The notes under the pieces: generated by a model
Told to the model about the DNA's origin: nothing
Database searches by the model: none
What the model saw: only the letters and a program-made list of their open reading frames with translations
Shown: piece by piece, positions 1-13,203 of the stretch
Layout of the letters: the number at the start of each line of letters is the position of its first letter
How positions within the stretch are numbered: position 1 is the first letter of the stretch
Program-made: the position numbers and the translations under genes
Assembly: GCF_009914755.1 (NCBI RefSeq)
Contig: NC_060926.1
Length of the DNA: 64,000 nt
Origin: the human T2T-CHM13v2.0 reference genome, Homo sapiens
Direction: 5' to 3' (one strand)

Positions 1-2215
<2,215 letters not shown>

Positions 2216-2426
2216 AGTTATAAGGGTATTTATGATGAATAATGATAATATTATTCCTTCTAGGCATAGTAGGAAAAAAGTTGTATTTATATATAGCAAT
2301 GCTGGCAGCTAGGACTGTGAGAGAAAGGAGTAGAAGAACTGCTGATATTAAGTGGGATTGATAGATTAATAACCCCAGAAGTGATATGGTATATGTGAAT
2401 ATAATATTTATGTAAATAGGGGGCAT
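2216..2426 (-). pseudogene. MT-ND4L relic (5' part), cut by the L1 and carrying a COX1 insert
   Basis: ATG CCC CCT ATT TAC ATA AAT ATT (MPPIYMNI) ... CTA TGC CTA GAA GGA ATA ATA. Confidence 0.9.
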
Positions 2427-2492
2427 TTGGTAAACATGTTCTATCATAACTAACGAGTCAAAATCATTTATTTTGGCTTAAACTACTTACCA
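2427..2492 (-). tRNA. mt-tRNA-Arg relic (NUMT)
   Basis: tggtaagtagtttaa...atgtttaccaa between ND3 and ND4L. Confidence 0.85.
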
Positions 2493-2834
2493 ATTCAGTT
2501 CAGTCTAATCCTTTTTGAGTTCATTCATAAGTTAAACCTAGGCTTAAAATGATAACTAGCATAAGGGATGTACTAATTATTAGTGTCAGGTTGTTTGAAG
2601 GGCTCCTGGTAAGGGTAGTAGTAGGGCGATTTCTAAGTCAAATAGGAGGAATGTGATGGCTACTAGAAATGATTTTATGGAGAAAGGAATGCGGGTGGAG
2701 GATAACGAGTCAAATCCTCATTCGTAGGGGCTGGATTTTTCTGTATAAATATTAAGTTGTGGGAGCCAGAATGTAATAGCTATAAGTGACAGGGCTAGTA
2801 GGGTGTTGATTACTAGGGCTAGTGTTAGGTTAAT
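2493..2834 (-). pseudogene. MT-ND3 relic
   Basis: ATT start after tRNA-Gly; EKSSPYE-GFD and [10 protein letters not shown] motifs. Confidence 0.9.
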
Positions 2835-2902
2835 TACTCTTTTTCAGATACTATCGAAACTAATTGATTGGAAGTCAATGGTACTGTTTATACTAAAAGA
2901 GT
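2835..2902 (-). tRNA. mt-tRNA-Gly relic
   Basis: actcttttagtataa...gacttccaatc...aaaagagta (TCC anticodon). Confidence 0.88.
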
Positions 2903-3664
2903 AAGACCCTCATCAGTAGATAGAAATATACAAGAATAGTCATACTACATCTACATAGTGTCAATATCAGGCGGTGGCTTCAAAGCCAAAATGATGGCTG
3001 GATGTAAAGTGGTATTTTAATTGGCGGAGAAGACAGATAGTAAAGAAAGTTGATCCAATAATGATGTGAAGTCCATAAAAGCCTGTAGCTATAAAAAATG
3101 TTGGGCCATAAATTCCATCAGAAAAAGCAAAGGGAGCCTCTAAGTATTCTGAGACTTGTAGGAGGGTGAAGCAAATGCCTAAGATAATTGTGAAAAGTAG
3201 TGCTTGAATTACTTGTTTTTGATTATTTTCTATTAGGCTGTGATGGGCTCAAGTAATTGAAATGTGTTCAGGAGGGGTACTTCCAGGGGGTTGAGGGGAG
3301 AAATGCTTGTTGGAGATCAGTGTCCTCCTAATTCTGGAGCTGGGGCTAGACTAGAATGGTAGAATGCTCAAAAGAATCCAGCAAAGACAAATACTTCTGA
3401 GATAACAAATACGACTATTCCACATCGGAGGCCTTTTTGAACAGTTGTTGTATCATGGCCTGGAAATGTACTTTCTCGGATAATGTCACATCACCATTGA
3501 TATATAGTCAGTGTATTGGTTAGTAGGCCCAGGGTTAAAAGAGTAATAGAGTTAAAGTGAAGTCATATAGCTAGGGCGGATGTTATTAGGAGAGCTGAGA
3601 GAGCCCCTGTTAATGGTCAGGGGCTGGGTTTGACTAAATGATAGGTGTGTGTTTGGTGGGTCAT
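2903..3664 (-). pseudogene. MT-CO3 relic
   Basis: ATG ACC CAC CAA ACA CAC start; HFGFEA near the end; ~21 bp deletion near 3260. Confidence 0.92.
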
Positions 3665-4341
3665 TATGTATTGTCATAGAAATAAAGGCTTACTAAAAGC
3701 GTAAAGACATAAGCTTGGATAAGGGCCACAGCAGATTGGAGCATGGTTAATAGAATTAGAATAATAAAGGTGATTGAAGCTGTGGGAAGGTTAGTAGTTG
3801 ATAATACTAGTGTGGCTCCTCCAATTAAGCGCATGAGTAAGTGACTGGCTGTAATGTTGGCTGTTAGACGTACAGCTAGTGCTGTTGGTTGAATAAATAG
3901 ACTAATGGTTTCGGTGAATACTGGTATAGGAATAAGTGGTATGCGTGTGCCTTGTGGTAGGAAGTGAGCTAAGGAGTTTTTAGTTTTAAAGCGGAAGCCC
4001 GTGATTACTGTGCCTGCTCATAAGGGGATTGCTGTAGCTAGATTTATTGATGGTTGGGTAGTTGGTGTAAATGAGTCTGGTAGGAGTCCAAGGAGATTGG
4101 TTAAGGCAATAAAGAGAATTAGAGATATCAGTATAAGGGATCGGGCTTGTCCTTTAATGTTACGTATAATTATTTGTTTTAGGGTAAGTTGAACTAGTCA
4201 TTGTTGAATAGAAATTAATCAGTTATTGACTAGATAGTTGGAGGTTGGAAGGAGTGTGGAGGGGAACAAGATGATTAGTGCTGCTGTGGGTAACCCTAGG
4301 ATTGTTGGGGCGATAAATGAGGTGAACAGATTTTTGTTCAT
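3664..4341 (-). pseudogene. MT-ATP6 relic
   Basis: MNKNLFTSF start; [10 protein letters not shown] motif. Confidence 0.92.
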
Positions 4342-4495
4342 TTTAGTTCTCAAGGGTTGTTATGTTTTTGTACTTTATTTTTGGTGAAGGGGGTGTATGG
4401 TAGATGAAATTTGATATTTTTAATTGAATAATGGAAAATAAAGTTACGATTATTGATACAATAATAGGTCATGTGGAAGTATCTAGCTGAGGCAT
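4296..4495 (-). pseudogene. MT-ATP8 relic
   Basis: ATG CCT CAG CTA GAT ACT TCC ACA TGA (MPQLDTSTW); overlaps ATP6. Confidence 0.88.
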
Positions 4496-4496
4496 T

Positions 4497-4563
4497 CACT
4501 CTAGAGAGGTATGATTTCTCTCGATCTTTAACTTAAAAGGTTAACACTGGGGTAACTACAGTG
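4497..4563 (-). tRNA. mt-tRNA-Lys relic
   Basis: cactgta...ttaaccttttaagttaaagat...agtga. Confidence 0.85.
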
Positions 4564-4566
4564 ATA

Positions 4567-5248
4567 TTATGGTGTGGATATAGATCAAGTTTCAAAAGTT
4601 TTTAATGGAACTAATTCTAGAACAATAGGTATAACACCGTGATTAGATCCACAGATTTCTGAGCATTGTCTGCAGTAGAGGCCTGGTCGTGTAGTGGTTA
4701 AGGTAAATTGGTTTAGGCGTCCAGGGACTGCATCTGTTTTTAAACCTAATGAGGGAATAGTTCATGAGTGCAGGACATCTTCAGATGAGGTTAACATGTG
4801 GATGGGAATTTCTATTGGGAGGATTGTTCGGTTATCGACTTCAAGGAGTCTACGTTCTTCTGGTTTTAGGTCTGCTGTTGGAAGCATATAAGAATCGAAG
4901 CTTAACTCTTCATAATCTGTACACTAGTAGCTTCAATACCATTGATGTCCAATTGTTTTAACGGTGAGAGAAGGCTTATTGACTTCATCTGTTATAGATA
5001 ACATATGTAGGGATGGGAGGGCAGTTAAGATTAAGATGATAGCAGGCAAGATAATTCAGACAGTCTCTATTTCTTGGGCATCTATGGTGCTATTGTTGGT
5101 CAGTTTTGTTGAGTATTACAGAAATAATGTATAGAACCAGGGAACTAATTAGGAAAACAATGACAAGGGTGTGGTCATGGAAGGTAAGTAGTTCTTCTAT
5201 AATAGGAGATGAAGCATCTTGAAGACCTAATTGAACTGGATGGGCCAT
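4567..5248 (-). pseudogene. MT-CO2 relic
   Basis: [12 protein letters not shown] start; [11 protein letters not shown] copper-site region. Confidence 0.92.
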
Positions 5249-5316
5249 TAAGATATATACGGCTTAACCTATAACTTAACTTTGACAAAGTTATGAAATA
5301 ATTTCACTAATATCTT
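5249..5316 (-). tRNA. mt-tRNA-Asp relic
   Basis: aagatattagtgaaa...ctttgtcaaagttaa (GTC anticodon). Confidence 0.88.
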
Positions 5317-5318
5317 AT

Positions 5319-5389
5319 TGAGAAGGTCATAGAGGTTATGGGATTGGCTTGAAACCAGTCTCTGGGGGGTTCGATTCACTCCTTTTTCA
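5319..5389 (+). tRNA. mt-tRNA-Ser(UCN) relic
   Basis: ttggcttgaaaccag...ggttcgatt; opposite strand, as in mtDNA. Confidence 0.88.
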
Positions 5390-5390
5390 C

Positions 5391-6812
<1,422 letters not shown>

Positions 6813-6829
6813 AAGTGAAGTGAGAAAAA

Positions 6830-6894
6830 GGTAAAATGGCTGAGTAAGCATTAGACTGTAATCTGAAAACAGAGGTCAAGACCTCTTTTTACCA
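6830..6894 (+). tRNA. mt-tRNA-Tyr relic
   Basis: ggtaaaatggctgagt...gactgtaatct...ttttacca. Confidence 0.88.
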
Positions 6895-6959
6895 GCCCCG
6901 AGGTGATTTTCATGTTGAATTGCAAATTCAAACAAGCAGCTTCAGTCTTGCTAGGGCTT
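6894..6959 (+). tRNA. mt-tRNA-Cys relic
   Basis: agccccgaggtga...ttgaattgcaaattc. Confidence 0.85.
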
Positions 6960-6991
6960 CTCCCTCCTGTCTCCTCCAATAGCAGGAGAAG
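6957..6991. other. Degenerate mitochondrial light-strand origin (OL) hairpin
   Basis: cttctcc...ggagaag stem between tRNA-Cys and tRNA-Asn. Confidence 0.7.
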
Positions 6992-7064
6992 TAGATTGAA
7001 GCCAGTTGATTAGGGTGTTTAGCTGTTAATTAAATTTTCGTGGGTTTAAGTCCCGTCAATCTAG
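6992..7064 (+). tRNA. mt-tRNA-Asn relic
   Basis: tagattgaagccagttgattagg...agctgttaa...caatctag. Confidence 0.9.
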
Positions 7065-7065
7065 T

Positions 7066-7134
7066 AAGGGCTTAGCTTAATTAAAGTGATTCATTTGCAT
7101 TCAATTGATACAGAGTAGAATTTTGCAGTCCTTA
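7066..7134 (+). tRNA. mt-tRNA-Ala relic
   Basis: aagggcttagcttaattaaagtg...tttgcattca...gcagtcctta. Confidence 0.9.
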
Positions 7135-7142
7135 GGTTTTTG

Positions 7143-7210
7143 CAGAACTTCAGTATAATGTACTGGCTAAGAGCTTTGAAGGCTCTTGGTCTTACTTAAC
7201 CTACATTTCT
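7143..7210 (-). tRNA. mt-tRNA-Trp relic
   Basis: agaaatgtaggttaa...accaagagccttcaaagc. Confidence 0.88.
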
Positions 7211-7211
7211 A

Positions 7212-8241
7212 GATTATAAATAGTGTCAGTGGAGATATTGGTAGGAGGAAAGTAGAGAAGATGATGAGTGGGGGGAGGAATGATACGGGTTTTGTGTTTT
7301 TGAACTGTCATTTTCTTTTTATATTATTGGATGTGGGGAATATTGTCACTGAAGTGGAGTAAATTAAGCATATATAAAAATATAGGTTGAGTAAAGTTAT
7401 GATGGCTATGATGGTTGGGATAATAAGACTTATTTTTTGTAAACTCTTGGATAATAATTCATTTAGGTAGGAATCCTGCTAATGGGGGTAAACATCCTAG
7501 GGATAATAAAATTGATAGGATTATAGATATTAATCATGTTAATTTGTTTCAGGTGTGAGACAGTGATAAGGTTGTGGTGCTTGAATTCAGGTTGAGTACT
7601 TGGAATGCAGTAATTGTTGGGATGAAATAGATAATTAGGGTAAAAATGGTAATGTTTAGGTTATACATGAGTACTGCTATTATTCAGTCTATATGAGTGG
7701 TTGAGGAGTAGGCTAAAATTTTACATGGTTGTGCTTGGTTGAGTCCTCCTCAACTGCCCACTAAAATAGATAGATAGGAGAATATTCGTATTTATTGATG
7801 GGAAAATTTGATTGAATTGAATTGAAATAGGGGCTAGTTTTTGTCATGTGAGGAGAAGTATGCCAGATGTTAGAGAAGTTCCTTGGGTTACTTCTGGAAC
7901 TCAGAAGTGAAAGGGGGTTATTCCTAATTTTATTACTAAGGCTATTATTATTATTAGGGATGAAAACTGATTTACAGTATTTATTGTTGTTCACTGTCCG
8001 GATAACAGATTATTGGAGAGAATACCGATTATGAGGACTCTAGATGCGGTTGCCTGTATAAGGAAATATTTAGTGGCTGCTTCTGTGGAGCAGGGATTTA
8101 TTTTTTAATTAAGATTGGGATGAGGGCTAGTATATTTATTTCTAAGCCTGTTCAGAGGAAAAATGAGTGTGAGGCTAGCATTGTGATAAGGGTACCTGTA
8201 GAAATAGTAAAGTAGATGATAAGCTGAGCTAATAGGTTAAT
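7212..8241 (-). pseudogene. MT-ND2 relic
   Basis: [11 protein letters not shown] and PFHFWVPEV motifs (mitochondrial code). Confidence 0.92.
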
Positions 8242-8309
8242 TAGTACAGGAAGGATGTAACCAACATTTTTGGGGTATGGGCCTGACAGCTTATTTAGCT
8301 GACCTTACT
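8242..8309 (-). tRNA. mt-tRNA-Met relic
   Basis: agtaaggtcagctaaataagct...gggcccatacccc. Confidence 0.9.
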
Positions 8310-8310
8310 T

Positions 8311-8382
8311 TAGGACGTGGTGTGATAGGTAGCACGGAGAATTTTGGATTCTCAGGGATGGGTTCAATTCCTGTAGTTCTAG
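8311..8382 (+). tRNA. mt-tRNA-Gln relic
   Basis: taggacgtggtgtgataggtagcacggagaattttggattctc. Confidence 0.9.
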
Positions 8383-8448
8383 AAATATGAGGATTTTAAC
8401 CTCTGTTGTTTACTCTGTCAAAGTAATTCTTTTGTCAGACATATTTCT
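8380..8448 (-). tRNA. mt-tRNA-Ile relic
   Basis: agaaatatgtctgacaaaagaattacttt... Confidence 0.88.
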
Positions 8449-9069
8449 TACGTTTGGGGTGGGATGCTGGAGATTATGATGGGTACTGAGATATATCATA
8501 CACAGAATGCTAGTGTAAGTGGTAGAAAGTTTTTTCATAGAAGATGTGTAAGTTAATCATAGCGGAATTGGGGATAGGCTGTTCGAATTCATAAAAATAG
8601 GGAGGTTAAGAGGAGGGTCTTGGTAATGAAATACGTAGTATAGAATTCCGGTGAATACATAGAGTATAATTGTACCTAGGAAAATTGTAGTAGTTAGGGA
8701 ATTTATTATTATAATATCCATGTATTCTGCTATAAAGAAGAGGGCAAATGGACCTGTGGCATATTCGATGTTGAAACCTGAGACTAACTCTGATTCTCCT
8801 TCTGTTAGGTCAAAAGGGGCTAGGTTAGTTTCTGCTAATATAGAAATAAATAATATTATGGCTAGGGGTCATGATGGTAAGAGTAGTCAGAGGGATTCTT
8901 GTGTTGTGATAAGTATATATAAATTGAATGAGCTGCTTATCAGTAGAACTGATAATAGGCTGATGGCTAGGGTAACTTCATATGAAATTAGGTGATGGTT
9001 TGTAACACGCCGATTAGTCATAGTTTGAATAGGTTGCTCATCCTGATCATAAAATAAAGTAGATGGCTA
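8449..9069 (-). pseudogene. MT-ND1 relic (3' two-thirds)
   Basis: [25 protein letters not shown] motif. Confidence 0.92.
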
Positions 9070-9215
9070 TTTTGAGGGGTTGGCTAAGGCGTAATTATCT
9101 GGGACGCTCAGGAGGTCAGGTGAAGATAGTGCTAGCATTATTAAAAGGAGGAGGAGAAAAATTAAACCTAGGATATCTTTGATTGTATAGGAAGAGTGAA
9201 AGATGATTTTATCGA
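9070..9215 (-). pseudogene. MT-CYB internal fragment
   Basis: tatacaatcaaagatatcctagg...tcacctgacctcctgagcgtcccagataattacgccttagccaacccc = YTIKDILG...[14 protein letters not shown]. Confidence 0.85.
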
Positions 9216-9477
9216 AGTGCCCCCTCTCCACTTCATGCACTCACTGCATGCCGTCTGATGCTTCAGGGTATTAGCCACAGGGCCTTTCTCACTTTCTCTT
9301 TGGATCCCAGACCCCATGAATCCTCCCAGGAGATCCCATTCCCAGAGCCTCCCTCCCAGGCATCCCCCAACTCCTGGGCTCCCCACACTCCAAGATCCTT
9401 GCTCACAGACACCCATAATCCCAGGGCTGTCATTCACAAGGGATGAGGGGCCTCAGCCTCCATGCCCCCAAAATCGC

Positions 9478-12400
9478 AGTGTTCCCTTTGGGGCTGTCAC
9501 CTGACCCCAGTGTCCTTTAGGCCCTGGTGGTCCTGCCTCTCCCAGCTGCCCCAACTCTACTGTATTCTCCCCACGCTCCCCACATGGGTGCTGCAGAACA
9601 AGTGAAGGGCACAGATGGTCTGGGGGTTCTTGAAGATCAGGGATGCAGCCTCTGCTTCCAAGACACCTTCAGCCACCCCCTACTGCCCTCAGGGACAATG
9701 TGACAGACACAGAAAGTCCAGCCTATAAGGGGAGACCCTGGTCTCTTTCCCTTGGAGGTAAGAGAGGAAGGGCTTATTGAGAGTATGGTCCAGAGCAGAT
9801 ACTCCTGGCCACAGAGGAGCTCCAGCTCAAAGAGGTCACAGGAAAAGTGGGGTGCAGTGAGGGGGGTGAAAGGGGTTGGAAAGTAGGGCCCTGGAGCTGC
9901 CAGTCTCCTTGACACCTGGCTCACCCTGGATCCCTGGAGATCCTGAATGTCCTGGCTCCCCCTGCAAAGAGATTGAGGTCAAAAACCTATTTGCCCCCTC
10001 AAAAAATCCTGGTATTCCCCACATCTCATTCTTTTATGTCTCCCCAGTCAAAATTGGCAGAAAACCAACTTTCATCCCTCAGTTGAAATACTTGTCCATT
10101 CACCCCCTTCCCAGTGACCATCTCTCCAGGGGGACCCAGGTTCCCAATGCCTCCTGGGGCGCTTTGTGGGCCCTGAAGGAGGAGCAGAAATAGGCGTCAT
10201 TGCTTAGGGAGGTGGGCCCATTTCTGGGGCAGAGGCCAGGATAAGTGCTCCAAGGTCACTACAGGGAGACAGTGAAGCCCTCCTGGGGAAAGGGGCTTCT
10301 TTTGGCCCCTGAGACAAGACTAGAGTTTATGGCCTGGGGAAAGGGAGGCAGAGGACCAGACACATTAATCAGGAAGACCCTAGGGACAGAGGTGGGCTGA
10401 GTCAGGAGAATGGGGGCAGGGGCTGGGGTCCTCACTGGGGTGAGGAAGGAGCTGGCTCACCCAGGCTCCCTGGGAGCATGGAGAGAGAGGACACTCATGC
10501 CACACACACCCTGTCTCTGGGGGGCCCATGGAGGCCTTCGCCCCCGATGTTCCCTATGGGGGAAACAGAGTGGGAGGAGCTGCTCCTCAGTTGTCCCCAA
10601 GGTCAGGTGGTTGAGGGAGAGCTGGGGCTCAGTGGGCAGGGGTCAGGGGGAGCCCTGCAGAGACCACTGACCTTAGCTCCAGACTTCCCAGTGGCACCTC
10701 GAGGACCCGGCTGACCCTGTGGACCCTAGAGAGGGGAGCGTTGTTGTCAGAAAAACCCAAACCCATTTGGACCTTGAGCCCCCTGTTTCTCTCCCTTGCA
10801 CTTGCCATGAGGCCCCATTCTCCTCGAGGCCCTGACTTCCTTGACAGGCCCTGGTGGGAATGGAGTGGACATCCCCCGGGGCGTGCCTCCCCACAGAGCC
10901 CCCCCCACACCCCTCCAGCCTTTCCCTCCACACCTTCTCCCTATCCCCAGCTTCCCCAGGCTCCGTTCTCCCCACTGACTCCAGGAAAGCCAGGAAATCC
11001 CAGGAGTCCCTGGTGAGGAAGGAGAAGCGGGGAAATTGAGAAGTTATGAGAGGTCAGGCTCGGGAAGGAGCAGAGGGGGCCAGCAGAGGCCATGCAGGCA
11101 GCGGCATGGAGACCTGGATCCTGCCACAAATGAGGTGGCCTGGGACAAACCCCTGCTGCTCTCGGCCTCTCTGTTATCTGTAGACTGGGGGCCGCTAAAC
11201 ACTCTTGAGGGCCCCCCACTGCTCTGCTAGTCTGTGCTCCCTGGAATCGAAGTCAGGGAAGTGAAAAGGAGGAGGGGCACACACCCGGTGTCACCCTGAG
11301 TTCCTGGCATCCGGGGTAGCCAGGCAGACCAGGAACACCCAGCTTGCCCTGTGGAGGGACAGGGAGCAATTAGGAGTGAGAGGACGCCCAGGTGCTACTT
11401 TCTGGAGACCCCGACCCTCACATGTGAGGGCCATGCCCCATCCCCCAGTGCACCCACACACCCCAGCTCCTAGCCCCTTCTCTCCTGCCCCATGGCTGCC
11501 TTTTGCAGTCTCTCCTTCCAGAGGGCGAATTTTCCCCAACTCTAGTGCTGGGATCCTGCTTTCCTGTGCCTGCAGCCCTGTCGAGTCCTCAGGGTCACTG
11601 TGATCCAGCTGCAGCCCACGTGCTGACCTCAGTACCATCTGTCCCAGCACCCACTCCTGCTCCATCCACCAAGACCAGTCACCCTGCAGGACCCCTGCCC
11701 TTTGCCCACGTGGCACAACACCCCAACTCCCCAACCTGTCCCCTTCCTCCTGATGCTCCAGGGCTCCTCCTGCCCGGGATGCGGTGGAGCAAGGGTTGAG
11801 AGCAGCAATTCTGCAGCCAGACTGCCCTGACTCAGCCCCTGGCCTGTGCATCACTGCCCATGTGATGACCAAGCCTTCCTGTGCCTCTGGAGAGTCTCAT
11901 CTGCAAAACAGGACCATCCACGCCCACCTCACAGGATGGAGAGGACACCTTAGCACAGTGCCTGCACATGGCGAGGGCTGGGGGGAGTCAGCCCTGGAGA
12001 CCACAGGTCTCACTGCTGTTGGACACTCCCTTTTCGAAGCTGCCACTGCTCTGAGTCTGGGCATGTTCACTTTGCCTGGGACCTGCAGCCACTCTGTGCC
12101 TCATCTCCAATCAACTCTTCACAACAGCGGCTTTTCCTTGACTTTTCCTATAGGCTCCTCAACCCATCAGCAGCCAGAAGGTGCCGTTTATAGAGAGAGG
12201 AGCATAATTAATGCATGGCCATCTTCAATTAACTGGCTGATGTTAGCTGCGGGCACCCCCCATGCCCGCCCTGACCTAGTGCCCACATCCCTAGAGGGTC
12301 CAGGCACAGACCTCTCTTCCCGTCGTCATCTTGCCTGCGAGCCCTGGGAAGCCCAGGATCTCTAGTCAGTGCATTGTGTTCCTTTTGCTCCTTGGGACCA

Positions 12401-13203
12401 TCCTCTCCTCTGGAACCAGGGCTCCAGCCTCACCGTGAGTGAGAGAGTGGGAGAGGTGAGTTTGGAGGCCTGGGGATGAGGTCTGGGCCCAGAGGGGAAA
12501 GGGGCACCAGTGAGGCCGAGTGGGGCTGGCGGATCCCAGGAGCTGTTGCAGGAGAGGGAGCCTGTGGGGTATAGAGAGTGTGGTGATCCAGGGCCAGCGC
12601 GATGCAGATCGTGGGTTTGCCGTCCTGCAGGGACCAGGCCCCCAAGGATGCACAGCACTGGAATTGAGGAGCCCGGGACCTCCGGGGAATGAACCGGTGC
12701 TTGGGGACTCCAGAGTGGAGAATCATTAGGACATGGAGTTGGGGCCAGTGTGGGGTCTTTACTCAGCCTGACACCTTTCACATCTATGTCACCTTTGAAC
12801 CTCAGAAAGCCATCCCCTGAGAAAGGTGGAGGTGAGATGACCCCACAGATGACAGAGGGCCGGGGGCTCTAATGGAGGATTCTGAGAACATGGGTGGAAG
12901 GGTGGGATCAGGAGCTGGAGGGCAGCCAGGGGCAGGCTGAGGAGCGGCGATGGCAGGAGTGAGGTGCTGGGAAATTCTGCTCACCTTTTCATCTTATGGC
13001 CCTTCAGACCCCGATTTCCATCTGCACCCTGAAATTAGAGGATGACAGAGTGGCCAGGGGATGGAGGTGGGTTGGAAGGAGCGAGCCCCTGAGACCCCAT
13101 CTCGCTCCCTTCAACACAGTCCTTTATCCCCAGCCTGGAGGTCAGTTACCTTGACACCTGGAGGTCCTGGGTATCCTAGAGGGCCCTGAGGTCCAAATGG
13201 ACC
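9478..13203 (-). pseudogene. Unprocessed COL11A2-like collagen fragment: 12 Gly-X-Y exons with introns
   Basis: Exons 13150-13203 (GPFGPQGPLGYPGPPGVK), 12985-13028, 12767-12816, 12327-12434, 11295-11348 (GKLGVPGLPGYPG), 10956-11009, 10806-10850, 10672-10725 (GPRGATGKSGAK), 10510-10553, 10119-10172, 9908-9961 (GSPGIQGEPGVK), 9478-9590; sizes near 45/54/108 bp; several splice sites mutated. Confidence 0.85.
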
